Shown: positions 25,650 through 39,477 of the stretch, piece by piece
How positions within the stretch are numbered: the stretch's first letter is position 1
How the letters are laid out: each line of letters starts with the position of its first letter
DNA from: Cycas panzhihuaensis
Lineage: Eukaryota; Plantae; Cycadophyta
DNA length: 64,000 nt
Direction: 5' to 3'
Assembly: GCA_023213395.1 (NCBI GenBank)
Contig: CM041465.1
Coordinates: forward strand, 34,169,741-34,233,740
Translations under genes and position numbers: made by a program
The notes under the pieces: generated by a model
Seen by the model: the letters and a program-made list of their open reading frames with translations, nothing else
The model's database searches: none
Told to the model about the DNA's origin: nothing

Positions 25650-28600
25650 TGGTATAGAACATGTAAGAGATTACTGCAAGATAGTCTAAAAATACTAATT
25701 CAATGGGAAACTATATGTGGTATGATGTTGTTAAACGAGATCGACACATGGATGTTGTGTGAATAATATTTTATCATAGAAGCAATGAGATCTTATTGGG
25801 AATTTAGTGTAACTCTATATTGAGAGAATTTACCAGTACTCTATTATTCACATCATGTATTCCAACTTGAGGACAATTTTCTTTGCAGGGCTTCGAATGG
25901 TTGAGCAATGAATCTGTTTGAGCAATCTAATTTTACTTTAGAATCTTGTGCATGGAAGTCTATATGCATTGATGTGTGTAAAAATATATTGGTTCCTGAG
26001 AATGCTATTTCCTGATATGATTATTTAGTTGAAAATTTGTTTAAATAATTATTTAAGAACAAACTTATAGCCCACTTAGATTGGTAGTATTTATTGGGCA
26101 TTTACATTGTATTGTTTTAACTCTAAATAGATTAAACTTCATATAGCCTAATGTTTAGGATAGTTGGTGCATGTTTTTGTTAAGGAACTTGTAATAGTTC
26201 TAACCATCACTAATGAAGAGGGGTCAAAGATTTTGGATCCATCGAGGTTGGGCCATGACAGGAAAAACAAAAAGGCCTATAAATGCTACTTTTTATTTAC
26301 TTCTTTGCATGTTAGTATTTTTAATGTTACGAGTCCACAACAAAACATGATTTGCAATACATGCATTTTTCTAAATTAAAATGGATGCTTTAATGTCTCC
26401 TCTCCCAAACTAATCATAATTTTCCGACCTAGTTTTAGGGAGATAGTTTCTAAGGTGGTGGCAATTTGCTTCTTTTGGACTAGAAGGATGACCTATTATA
26501 TTTTGGCCCACCTATCTAAGGCAATGGTGTAAAAAGCATATTTTAGCATACCTTAATGTAAGGTTAAACATAATTCAATATTTTTGATATATATACCATT
26601 GGCTAAGAAATTGGAAGTAATAAATTATTGAATGAAATTTATTATATGGTAGAATTCCTCAATCAAAAGTGAATATGCATTTGCAACATTTACGTGCTTA
26701 ACTTCATCAAAGAAATGAGCTAAATTTCTATATAGAGTATATCATATTCATTCTCAAAGAGAAGTGATTTGATCATTGCAATAAAGTTTGTGTTATGTTA
26801 TTATGATGGTCCATATTTTTTGAACTAGATTGGAGAATAACTTTACTCGTGGGTCAAACAAAGTTCAAGCTCACCCTTCTTATTATAATTCATTGGCAAA
26901 AATGTAATTACCTATGCTTTTTAATATGATGGTGTAAATTATTATGCAACAAATTATTTGATAAATGACTTGAATTTCTTAAGCCAAAGTTTCCTTTTTA
27001 TCTAATTGCTACTTGTGACATTCTATTATTACTTTTACTACATTACATTTTGATCATTGATACTTATAAGAATGATAAGTATGATGCTTATTATTTTTTT
27101 CTATACATTCATTAAAGTTACTATGATGTTTGTGTTGTGGCTTTGACAATCATTTACTTTTGATGCCGAAAGATTTGCAACTTTATGCCCAAAGTCGAAA
27201 ACCACTTGCAAATGATCGATGCTCGTGTTTATTAGTGAAGACGTTGGAGAAGATATACACCTCCTTAAATAACTTACTAATGATTGTACAACATTTCATA
27301 CTTGTTTCTAGAAATTTAGTTGTTTGCATATTTTCTAAGTCAAAGCTTTCCGTATGTTGGCATTTCTAATATGGCAAGTAAGAATTGCCACCTACCCTGC
27401 CAAAATTGAAGCCTACATTCTCCTTTAAAAGAGCAACACTTATATTAGGAAACAAATTAGTAACACTTACCCTAAGCTTTCCACTTCACTCACTCATGAA
27501 TATTTAATTGTGATTTGCCTTTAACGTGGACCTAATTGATTCTCGTGGCTATTTGATTTTTTATTGACCCTTAATGCTTCCATGACCACCAAGCAATGTA
27601 TTCACTCGTTGATTCAATTCAATGACCAACAGCTTGAACCATTAAGAACTGGTCCGAACGGAGAATTTAAAACTCTAATGTCTCTTTTAATTAGGGTCCC
27701 AAGCTTGATGCTTGGACACGGGAATGGCACACTAGTAAGCTGAATCAAAGAGAAGTTTTACTCAACATCATGTGATTGATTGTTATTGAGAATGAAATCA
27801 AAATTATGTGTGCAATTATCCATCTTCTGTGAGTCGAGGAAATGGTTATGGCGAACTCCCTTCAAACGAAACTTGAATTGTACACAAATTGAGTTCATGG
27901 TTATAGGTAGAGTGCAAGTTGACCAGCTGAAATTGGAGGTAGCAATTCGTAGCTCTTTAATCTTAAATCCGCCCTGAAAAATGTTTTCGAACGTACCTTA
28001 ATACGCCATTTCATTTTATTTTCTCCACTCAATATAACATGGTAGTGGGATTTCGTCCTAACTGCCATACACGAACAGAAGACAAATATGTTTGGCCCGC
28101 ATGAATCTGTAACTACAGTTTTTAATTATGTATATAAAAAAAATGGAGGGGAATAATTTAGAAGTCACTCGGTCATATGAAAACACGAGCTGTATAACTA
28201 GTTACCCCATAACCTTCAAACTAAAATCTAATGACCTATAAGGAAGCTGGGGCTCTCCCGAAAGACAGCTACGGGACTACTAGCAGACCACCATCATTTC
28301 CTCGACTCACAATTTTGTTTGCAGTAACATCATCCGCTATTCACATCAAAATCCAAACACATTGGTAGAAATTGACGACTCTATTCGAGACAGGCCTCGC
28401 AAATTATTTGTTGATTGGAAAAAGAATCATATCATGACTTTCTCCTCTTTAAGAAAAGACACGACCCAAATTTAATACTTAATAACATCTTCGTATAGTT
28501 TAATTCATCTAGAAATCGAAGTGTGGTAATAGCAAAACTGCAAACAAGCAATCCGTAACCGATTAGTAAATATGTTCTGATCACCCTAACCGATTCATCA

Positions 28601-28916
28601 TCCACTACCTCAAAATATGGATTCGACGGTCTCTTCCTCTTCGTTTCTGCACAAACATCTAATCCGTGTTAAATCTAAGCAATGCAGCAGCTCAGAGGAG
28701 GAGGAATCGCTACAGGGTAATTGTAGAATAGCGGGGAAAAAGGGTATGATGCATTGCAATATCCTGCACTTGGGTAACAAAACCTTGAAGGCATCCAACC
28801 CAACTGACCTGCTATATTTCATAAAGCTGAGAGCGCTGTAATTAATTAAAGATCATCAGTTACAAAATAAACATGGAAGCTATACATCATTAAAAGCGCA
28901 GGGAAATGGTAATTAA

Positions 28917-30671
28917 TCAGGGAGCAGAAGGACCGAGACCCAAATGAAGATCCAACCCATTGGTATCATCAATGATAGGGGATTGATTCACCTTTAGGTG
29001 GGACTGCCCAGCCAATTCATTAGTGCCACCACCGTGAGGCTGACAAAGCCTCGCTCCAGAGTGAGTTGCACCGAGCGTTTCCAATTCTGAGGCGGCCTGA
29101 GGTTGAATCAAGTTACCCAAATGCCTGGCCTGCGCCCTTGCTTGGAACGGCGACGGCGAATTCATGGAATATGGGCTTTGGCTTGGGCTTGACCCAAAGG
29201 CTCCGTAAGTGGGAGACACAGAAGAGAAGCCAAACTGAGCGCCGCCAGATTGGGGGACATAAAACCATGAAGAACGTCCGGCTTGAAGACTCGATCCAAA
29301 ATATCCCAACCCTGCAGGCGGCTGCTGATACCCTAATACATGCGGGAATGGAGAGGGCGGCGCAGGGAATCGAGGGTTAGAAGCTGGCGGGATCTCACCA
29401 CCGCCTCCAAAAGCGCATATATTGCGTGCAGCGTGCGGATTCAAGAGGGCAGAACCAGGGAGGCGATGCATGCCGAAAATATTAGTATTCCCATGACCCG
29501 GTCTGCCAACTGCGCCACTCGCAGCGGCACCTCTGCTGGCCTGTATCTGCGCCCGCTTGGCCTGTTGTCTTTCCTTCTTGTGTGCATTCTGATGTCCTCC
29601 CAGGGCTTGAGAATTCGCAAACTCCCTGCAGCAATATTGGCATTCGTATTTGCGACTATCCGAAGCTGAATTGCTACCGCTTTCTGCACCCTGTAAGCTC
29701 ATGTCTTTGGAAGCTGATCTCCCTTCCGCCGATTCCATATCTCCTAATTCCCCACGGCCATCCTCCTGAGTTAGGTGAACATTAATTCCCATCTTCGCAT
29801 GGCAGCCTCCGTGCATTTGGGCTTCGCGATCTGCCGATAATGATCCGTCAATCTCGTTTCTATATGACCAGTTCCCATCAGTGGACGCAGAAGCGCTCGT
29901 TACATCGCCAACCTGCGTCGGCATCTGCTTCAACTCGAACCCAAACAATTTCATAGCCTTCGACTCCTTTCTGTTAACATCCTCCGATGCACAGAGATCT
30001 TCGGTCAGACCCTCGCTACCCTGGTCCCTGCCGAAATCTCCTTGCTCGAGATCTTCATCTCTGTAAACCCCAGCAGTCGCGCCGCGATGGATTCCAAGAG
30101 TAAATGACGAAGGGGCAACCGTTTCTTCCCGACTCTCATTATTAATCCCAAGATTTTGGTTGTGAAGAGGGGGTCTGGCATGCAGATCGGTGCACTCCTC
30201 CACCACTTCCTCCCCCATGGAACTCTCCGTCTGGCGGTGCCCGGTAAAATTGCATGGATGCTCCGGTTCACGTCTGATGAGCCTTTTCAAGACTTGACCG
30301 GCACCTCCATCGGCCTTTGGCCTGAATAGATAAGACGGTGAACGACTCGAATCCTCACCGGTTGCATCCGAGCCGTCGGGAGGGCGCCATGGATTCTGCT
30401 GGGTTGCTGCAGCTCTGCAATCCTCTTCCTGCTGCCGCTGCAGTTCCAGATTCGATTCTGGGTGCCGGGGACGCTTAGATGGCATGGGGCCGAGCACCAG
30501 AAGACGACCTAATAATCCATCAATACGCGATGATTTTCTCCCGCTAATTCCTCGTTCTGACAGGGTAATCTTGGCAAGTTCCGGCACGAATCTATTGGCG
30601 TTGGATGGTAGCGGTACAGCACACATGAACCGGCTTCTCGCCGCCCTGGTTGGCCACTTAAAATCAATCAA
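28917..30671 (-). CDS. Single Q-type C2H2 zinc-finger transcriptional repressor, ZFP5/ZFP6/GIS3-like, apparently intronless. The ORF-track start is TTG; in-frame ATGs at 30626 and 30485 (522 aa) are likelier starts
   Basis: Uninterrupted GC-rich ORF with [29 protein letters not shown], a KLFGF motif and a C-terminal EAR motif (LDLHLGL). Confidence 0.93.
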   Translation of the reverse strand: MIDFKWPTRAARSRFMCAVPLPSNANRFVPELAKITLSERGISGRKSSRIDGLLGRLLVLGPMPSKRPRHPESNLELQRQQEEDCRAAATQQNPWRPPDGSDATGEDSSRSPSYLFRPKADGGAGQVLKRLIRREPEHPCNFTGHRQTESSMGEEVVEECTDLHARPPLHNQNLGINNESREETVAPSSFTLGIHRGATAGVYRDEDLEQGDFGRDQGSEGLTEDLCASEDVNRKESKAMKLFGFELKQMPTQVGDVTSASASTDGNWSYRNEIDGSLSADREAQMHGGCHAKMGINVHLTQEDGRGELGDMESAEGRSASKDMSLQGAESGSNSASDSRKYECQYCCREFANSQALGGHQNAHKKERQQAKRAQIQASRGAAASGAVGRPGHGNTNIFGMHRLPGSALLNPHAARNICAFGGGGEIPPASNPRFPAPPSPFPHVLGYQQPPAGLGYFGSSLQAGRSSWFYVPQSGGAQFGFSSVSPTYGAFGSSPSQSPYSMNSPSPFQARAQARHLGNLIQPQAASELETLGATHSGARLCQPHGGGTNELAGQSHLKVNQSPIIDDTNGLDLHLGLGPSAP

Positions 30672-30679
30672 TCGCCCAC

Positions 30680-32300
30680 TCAGGCGATGGAATCAGTGTT
30701 AACGCTGAGAAGGGAAAGTTTGGGATTGGAGGCACCTTAACATTCGTCCTCTCATCTTCACGTGATCTACCAACAAATGACCAACCACCGCTTCACCTCT
30801 TCACCTCACGACAGCGCTGAGCCCCTCCACGCGGGGAACAAGTGGATCGCAGCCGACTCCCCCGCCCTGCGGAAAGAGGGAGCGCTGCCAAAAGAAAAAG
30901 GAACGGGGCAAACGCACCTCCACCTCCGTCCCTGTCTCGCCCCTCGATGCCCAACTGATGTTCACTCAACCCAACGCTAATTCTTTTGCACCACCAATGA
31001 AAAGGCGCCGAATAATGGTCGACCTTGGTCCCTGGCGGAGCGCACTATAACCAACCCATGGGACCAACGCGGACATCCCAAGACGCAATCTCTTCTGGGG
31101 AAGCGCACCCATATTCCATCCATCCATCCATCCACTCATTCATTCATTCATACGCGGTTCGGGTGGCCTTGAGAATCGTCACCCGGGACCCACATGGCAT
31201 TGGCCCTCCCCCAACTACTCCGCTTCCGTATGGGAACGCATATCGAGGTAGAATGCGGGTGGGGTCCCTGCCTGCGCCCTCCTCTCCAGACACACCGATG
31301 GCGCTACCCAATACAACCTGACACCCACGACGCCTGCTGCCCGTTCCTCATTGCCCACCCCCGCATCCTCATCCTTGGCCTTCACTTCTTCTCATTAACA
31401 TCGCCGCTACTTCTAACCTCTACCTACGCTACCATCGCTCCTCCACACAAACCAAAACATGAGCGCTTACAACACGCAAGTCTAGCACCCATTCCGGGAC
31501 ACTTGTCGGCCATGAAAACGACCCCCTCCCCTCTTTCGCGCCACGTGTTCCATATATTCGGTTGCCGAGAATCCAGTTGCAATCCGGGTTCTAGTTCTAG
31601 TTCCGGTTATAATCGCCGCCTCTCATTTACGCTTCAACGTTCCAATGGCATGCCACCCTTAACTAGCCGTTAATCCAACCCTAAGCCCTCCCAAGCAGGG
31701 CCTTCAGCTGCCTTCTTTCATAAAGTATTGTATTGTGGAGCCGAACCTGTGCGCCCCACCACGTGTAACTTTGTCAAATCTGAACGATCTTGTGTCAGAT
31801 ACGAACTCATCACCGAAATGACGCTCACATCATCTCCAAGTCCTTTCCATGAATTTATTTTATTTTCCATCTGGTGCCTCGAGCAGGCTTTCGTTTGGTT
31901 TGTTAAGGAGAGATCAATAATTCGTTGGCATTCGCCTTCCAGTTTCTTCCCATGTGCACATGCTGACTATTTCTTCCTGAACCCAACACGTTGACGTTTG
32001 TCCTGCATTATGTGCGGAACCAGGGGATGATCTGATTTGTTGAACACGAAAAGATGATGTATGCAGCCTTCTATATCCATATTTCAACAGGTCGGGACGC
32101 CAGGCTTATGACACAAGTCGTTTAAAATGTAGGCTCTCTCGAGACGTAACATCTTTAGGTTATTAATCAAATGCAAGTACATTCCAATTAAGTGTAAAAA
32201 GCAATGAAAAGAATATGACCCGAGGGATTCAAAATGTCAATCGTTATCAAACGCACGGAAAAGACATCGAATACTCGTCAAGTAGGTTACCAAAAATTCA
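30680..32300 (-). promoter_or_regulatory. CpG-rich 5' region/promoter of the zinc-finger gene
   Basis: GC/CpG-rich and TE-free. G-boxes CACGTG at 30759, 31542 (GCCACGTGT, ABRE-like) and 31760. TCP-like GGGACCCAC at 31185. TGTCTC at 30933 and TGTCGG at 31504. Function of individual motifs untested. Confidence 0.5.
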
Positions 32301-32843
32301 TTGCCTAGGGATCCAGGATCTCAACAAATCTTACTAGTTTACATGAGCCAACGATAATAATATAACTTAAAACAAAGGAAACTCTATTTAAGAAGACAAG
32401 AATCCCCTACCGTATGTTTTGAATATGTCATTATTTTGGCTTTACTATATATCCACAATACTTTAAGGTTCCAAGTTGAGTTGTCATTGTTAAATATAAA
32501 GTGTCTTAGCATTTTGTCAAATCAAATCATAATTAATGTTTTCCAAGGCCGTGATCATGAACCCACAAGCGAAATTTTCGCTCTCTTAAAACTTTACATT
32601 AAAAACTCCTTAGAAAGAAAGCCAATTATAAAATGCACACTTATTTGGAAGTAGTTGTCAATGAAGGATGCATACAATCAAAGTTGTCATGTCTTAAACT
32701 TATGATAAATAAGTGAAATAGAAAGGACATAAGTGGACAATACCCATATCACATTCTTGAGATACAAGGGCCCAATGCAAAGGAAATGTAATATCTTAAG
32801 TAATACACACACACATACAAAAATGTATATAAATACTCATTCA

Positions 32844-32867
32844 TATATATATATATATATATATATA
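32844..32867. repeat. (TA)n microsatellite
   Basis: Direct dinucleotide run. Confidence 0.9.
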
Positions 32868-33199
32868 TCTTATGCATTTTATGTATCTTATAAATGTTAT
32901 ATAAATAGATGCAAACATTAAACGAATAACCTCAAGCAATATAAATAAACAAAATTCAATTGTCTATTTCAATATCACCCATATGATGAATAAGTGTAAT
33001 TATTTTAGGAGATTTCAACCAAATATCTATGTTATTGCCTATAATTTATGACATGTAAAATAAAATAATAATAAACAAAATAGTTTTAACCTGTTCATAA
33101 AATCATAGTTATTACTCATTGAAGTATGCTTTGTTCTAATAAAATTGTATTTTATTTGTCTTAATTATATATATTACAATAATAAAAATCAATACTAGC

Positions 33200-35100
33200 C
33201 CAATCTTTAATGTAAAAGAAGTACCATCTTTTATTTAAAGGGGTATAATAATAAGAAATTGAGCCGACACTGATAATAAATGCTACTCATTAAATTAAGT
33301 ATTTATTAAATTATTTTACACCTATAATGATGATGATTTTTATGTGGACCCAAAAATATATATGGCTATATATATACTTAAACACTGATAATATATTATA
33401 CTATCTAACACTTGTAAAAACATCATATATTATCATAACCCATAAATAAAATTATATATAAAGGTAATAGAAATAAAGGTACAATTCTGTCAATATGACG
33501 TGCTATAGTTTGGTTATAAGTGTGATGAAGTGATTAAATTTGTATAAGAAACCTAATATACTGCTTTCTAACTTCGAATAACCAATGTATCACTTTCAAT
33601 TATTAACACACTATTAACCATTTATCATTTCTCAACCTTAATAAAAGGAGATTACCATGAATCCCTTGATTTAAGAAAAGAAGCAAAAGGGATAAACTAT
33701 GACAAGGTTAAATTAAATTTTTGCTTTCTCGCACATGACTATCTTTATACATAAACATATACACATATATTTTTATGCTTGCTTAAGACTGCAAATATTA
33801 CGGTCTTTTTTAATGTGATCATAAATTTTATTGTGTAAACTTATATAATAGATATGGATAATTGTGGTTGTATTTATTACATAATAACTTCTATGCATAT
33901 TAATTTATCTTTGCAATAATAAATAATTAAAACTAATAGTCTTTTCATGTGAATATTATATGATAATTAAAATTTCAAGCTAGATTGCATATTATATGGA
34001 TAAAAAAGGTTCACAATGTATATTATGTTCTTTATTAAATAAACAAATAAAATGATCATAATGTATTATAAAATGGTAGTTTAAAGAAAGTACTATATTG
34101 AGAAAACTTTGTATAAAATAATAATCTATATGTACCAAAATAAAATTTATTAAAAAATATAAGATCATGAAGTCATTTTAGATTGGATCTTACTGCTCCT
34201 TTATAATATTTTACCTTCAAGTTTATCATGAATGTTTTCTATACATAATTGGTTCATGAGGTAAAAACATTTTAGTCTCAATCTCTAGTTTACAAAATAA
34301 CAAAATTTGTTTCCTTTATACTTTATACTTAATTATCAACATTAAATTATCACATGATATAAAAGAATCTAAAGGATACTACCGCACAAGAAACAACAAG
34401 AATACAATTTGCTAATGGTATAAAAAAGTATACTGATCTATAAGATTTATTGATTTTTATAAGTATTATTCATTTACAGTAAAACATCACATTCAACATA
34501 GTTGTTATAATAATAAGCATACGTTTTATTTTCACGGTGTATTCTTTAAGTTTATGTTAAACACTTTAGAATAATATGGTGAATGACCATGTAGGAGGAT
34601 TAAACTGGGTTTATTTTTTCAAAATACAAGTGCATTAAAGAATAAACTAATGCATAAATTAATAAATAATTCATAAAAGATACTAAATTTTAAAAATGAA
34701 TGTAATAACTACACATACTTATGTTATAAAACTTACTACTTCTAAGGCTTTTTAAAACTTGTATGGTTATTCTTTTAGGGATAGAATTTCCTAATGATGT
34801 ATGCTTATGATAATGCTATATTTTATATTGGACAAAAAAGATATTCATATCATTTAACATGGACAAAATTTTATGAGATTGATTCCAGTGAATTTTGGGT
34901 ATAATTGTATTATATAAAATTTATTTGTTATTATTCTAAAATTATTTTTTCATATTATTCTGAATTGAATTGAGGATCAAATAAGAATTCATTGGACTTT
35001 ATTATGATGCTACACTTTAAACATTTATATCAATAAGAATTAAATATTATATATGGCATTTTATATGAAAACTAAGGAACTCTATAAGGTTTAATTATAT
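33200..35100 (+). mobile_element. Possible very degraded hAT-type transposase relic
   Basis: Scattered fragments in the expected order (ILRK ~34096, DLLIF/RFIDF ~34445, IDSSEFWV ~34880, IEDQ..SLDFIMML ~34970-35010). No intact ORF or TIR identified. Confidence 0.3.
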
Positions 35101-36277
35101 TTATTAACAAACAAAAGTAGAAAAGAGGAGTTCAAAATCAAGAAAATAAAATTTCCCTATTTTTAATATCCATGCTAAATTTACAATAACATAAGCACTT
35201 AGATGTATAATTATTGATTTAGTTTCTCTAGATTCATTATATATAATAAGTGGCTATATCTAGTATAAACAAAGACTAAAGTTAAATCGATAGAGCATAT
35301 ATAAATCATATATATTTTGTTGTTTCTACTTTTAGATGTTAGTGGAATCTATTTATGTCTTTATTGGCATGACTTTGTATTTGTAATATAAAATAACCAA
35401 CATAATAAATTTTGAGGTATCCTAATAGATAAAAAGATGAAATAAGTTTGTACACTCTATATGATAAAATAAATAATAAGACAAGTCTATGAAATACTTT
35501 TATATATTAAATTCATTAGAACTAATGCCATAAAACTTTATCTTTATTGAGTTAATATATTAAGGCTGTTTCTTATGATCATTTATGATATGTCTCTTTC
35601 TTAAAGATAAGTCACTGGGTAAGAAAATCCCTAATGAAACTAACCACCCATGCTTTAATAAGCTTTATATGGGGTAATCATTATATCTTAAGTATATGTT
35701 ATTAATTATGTTACTTTTAGAATTTAAATTTCTTTCCATTATTTATTATTTTATCATTTCATTAGCTTATTCCGTTTAATAAACCTAAAATTTTAAGCAT
35801 CAATAAGCTTATGTAATGGAAATAGTTAAATCATTTTCTTTCTCTTACTATTCATTTACCATATCAAAATTTATTTCTTAGCTAAAAAAATAAAGAATAA
35901 AATATAAAATAAATGTGTAATTATTAATTAGGAAGGTTATGATAATTATGATGTGATACTATAAATAAATAATACTCATAAAAAATGATAGCTATTATAA
36001 GTTAGTATATTTATGTAAAATCACCAACTGCTTACTTTAGTTTTTAACTTTAACATATATAAATATAATTTTATATGTAATTTTCCTATTGCAATCCTTA
36101 ACTCTAACTATCATTTATTAATATAGAATAACCTGTATCGAGGTTTAACATGGACCAAATTATAGGTTAATTAATTATTAATAGAAAAATGGATCATATA
36201 CTTGGTGTTAGTTCAGGATAGTAGGGTCTTAGGCTTATTTAGTTAATAGATGCATTTTTCCATACATAAATTCAAGT

Positions 36278-39200
36278 TTTTATTAAAAAAAGATGATTAG
36301 TTTGATATGAAATATTATATACAAGTATAACAAAACATAGAAGAGATTATCATCCTCTTCATCCCTCAAATTATATATACAAAAAGTAACCACATGGCTA
36401 TATGCAATTACAAATTAATTGCCCTTAATCTAAATAAAACTTATTCAAGCTTCAAATCCATCCCCTCCTTATATAAGATTTGGTAATTCCCATCTATTAT
36501 CCCTTAACAAGGTAGCTCTCTCTTAATTTCCAACCTTTATACTACTTGAACTTGACATTAATTGGTAGCATAATTTGTATAGTCTTACCATGCCTACTTG
36601 GTAGAGACCCTGAACCTTAGATAAGGGTAGATTAACTAGTATGAGGGGTGTGATGCCTAAACTACACTTAGTAAATAGTTCTTGAACTAGCTTTAACCTC
36701 ATGACTAGCTTCTATGATGGCCTTAATTGGAGAATTGATGTGATATTGCCTCCTCTAAACGTACCTATTTTATTATATAGGGGGATCGAGGCCTAATAAT
36801 CAATCAACTCAAGGAGATAGGAGATTTTAGTTAAATATTCTATACATGAGTGTTGATTTATAAAAATAAGGAGTTGGCATAATAGAAATAATTTCATAAG
36901 TAAAACAAATAACATGAGATTTACCATTAAAAATCATAGCATTCTTCTGTTTCCAAATATAATGTAAGACTTTTATATACAATAAACCTTAGGCTTTATT
37001 AATGGTCTATGATCTAGTTTTCATATCCCCTAGTATGGAATTATTCTAGCCTATGGCATTGTAGATGACTGGTTTGGAAAATTCTCTAACCTAATCCCAT
37101 GTTGACTTGGCTAGTAGGCATTATTATAATAGGTGTAATACTATTTCTTAATTTCTATAGAGTAGATAAATGAGGTCAACCTATCATAATTTAGCCAACC
37201 TGTCCATGATAGTAAGGCTATTTTATAATAATAACCAAGAAAAGAATGTTTTCTTAGGTTCTATAGGGGTTTCTCATGCTTGCAAAAATTGTTTGCACCA
37301 TATCTAGTCACTACTTGCTATGCCTTAAATCTTAGTTAGATTGATAAATACCCTGTCACCTATCACCATCAACTTATACATGTGTAAGATATAAAATTTA
37401 GAAAATGGCTTAGATATATACCATACCTAGTCTTTCTACTACCTCTCATCATATTTAGTAGATAAATTAAAAATTTAGGCTATTATATAACATTAATGTA
37501 TCTCCTTCATAATGACTTTATAAAAAATCTTAAGGGAAAGGATCATGTTTTAGTACATTCCATGCCTTATAATAACCATAACTTCTATCAAATAACTACC
37601 CAATCATTGTAAGCCCTTTCTTATACAGATGCCAAGCTTCAAACCATGGTGGTTATCCTAAGCACTTCTCTTCCTTCTAAATTAATGGCAAAGACCAGAT
37701 AGAATGTGGAATAAATTTAAGTCCTTTTATAAGATCTTGGCCTCTCCACGTCAACTACTTTTTATAGCTCTCATAGGATTTCCATGTGATTTTAAACAAT
37801 GAGGAACCCACCTCCTTAATAAGAATTGGAGTGATTAGTATTATTTTAAAAATTTAAGTTGAAGGTAAGAAAGCTAGTTGGGCTAATGTTGCTTAGGTTA
37901 TACTTGAGAAGAACCTCCTAGGGCTCATCATATTCTATGTTATAATTAGCTATTTCGCATAAAGAGCCTAATCCTAATGTTTGATATCAATGATTGCTAG
38001 GACACATTCTTCTTTTGATCTTTAATGGACCTACTAGCTCACTTAACTAAAGTCTTTCTTCCCATCTCTAGGGGACCATAAGAATGAGCTAAGAAATTTG
38101 ATTAGTCACTTATAAATTGATTCAATAGGATCTAACATGAAGAATAGTACACATGCATGGTTACTAACACTTTAGAGTAGATTTGTTATCTCCTTGCCAA
38201 TGATAGAAACTTTATATACCATCCTAAAAGTTTCTTTTCTACTTTGTTAATTATACATTCCCACATTTTAGTTAGAGATGCTTCAAATCTAAAAGGAATG
38301 CATAAGAATTTAAAAATTTCTCCATTACTTATCCATGCCTACTCATACTACTTTATAGCTAAGATGGCCTATGCTTTAGGGATTAAGAGTAATAAGAAGT
38401 TTTTCTGTATTGAAATTTAGAGCTCGAGGCTAAGTAAAATATATCTATAGTCTTTAAGACTACCTTAATAGACCCCTCCTTAGCCCTCATTGTGAGAAAT
38501 GAATCATCTACAAAGTGCCCATTTACTGATTAATTTCTTATTTAGGCATTGTAATCCCTATGATCACATCTTACTTAATCTCATCTTGTAGTAAATATCT
38601 TAGCACATCTACAACTAGCATAAAAAGATATGGGTCCAATAAGCAACCCTATTTGAGTGGCCTTTATAGGTTAATTAGGTGGTGAGTGCTTAGTGTGATA
38701 AAATTCTAGTTAAGACATTAATAAATAGAGTTTGTTCCATATGTATAAAGTAGTCCCCAAATCTAAAAGTAGCTAATAGAGATAATATAATATTTCATTT
38801 CACCAAATCATTAATTTTTTAAAAATCAACCTTTATTAAAATAATATCATGTTAAAAGACTTTGGCCTATTCTATTTTATTAGAATGTTGAATTTGATAA
38901 AAGTTAATCTAATGTTTAATTAGTGGATGAGTCATAATTGGTTGATGTAAAGATATTCTAATGCATAATCTTGTTGGTTGATGTACTGGCAAAATATCAT
39001 TATATGATGATGATGATGTGATATAACTATATAATGGAAATATATATTGTAAGGCAAATTAGATCACCTAGTCCTCCTTGTGAAGTTAGATGAATCATCA
39101 GGAGGACTTATTAATTATCTTTCATTAATATGAGATCTTATATATATTCGAAGGTGGTCTTTCCCATTCATAGGTTTTCCATGTTAAATATGGTATCACA

Positions 39201-39477
39201 TATATAATTATATGATTGACTTTTTTGCTCTTATCTTATCCTTATTCCTTTATTATTTTTATTATATTATTGATTGATTATATAATTACATCTATCTACT
39301 ATTTGATTATATAAATTATTATCATAATGTTAACATGGTATGATAACCTATTCAAAATTTTCATTATAAATTTTAAAAATTTCTTTTGATACAACTAATA
39401 AATTATCAAGAATATACATTTTCCTAAAGAAATTTATTTATTCAGGCCTAATCATCTATAAAAGGATGTATCTCACA
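36278..39477 (-). mobile_element. Second L1-type LINE, 3' part with RT (heavily decayed)
   Basis: Minus: HFVDDS (~38505), LK*GCLLDPYLF (~38625-38660), IKVDF (~38830), MIRPE..YILDN (39400-39470). Possible AATAAAAAA tail near 36278. Confidence 0.75.
38886..39348 (+). mobile_element. Orphan LTR with adjacent decayed tRNA-iMet PBS, inside LINE 2
   Basis: TGTTGAA at 38886 ... TTAACA at 39335, then TGGTATGATAACC. LINE RT reading resumes on both sides. Confidence 0.6.

Noticed and set aside
29066-30702. Several antisense and alternative-frame ORFs overlapping the zinc-finger gene
   Set aside because: Shadow ORFs expected in GC-rich coding DNA; no recognisable motifs.
30762-31994. Plus-strand ORFs of 72-159 aa as a possible divergent gene
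   Set aside because: No domain, one crosses a (TCCA)/(TTCA) repeat, and all are explained by high promoter GC. Cannot be fully excluded without RNA data.
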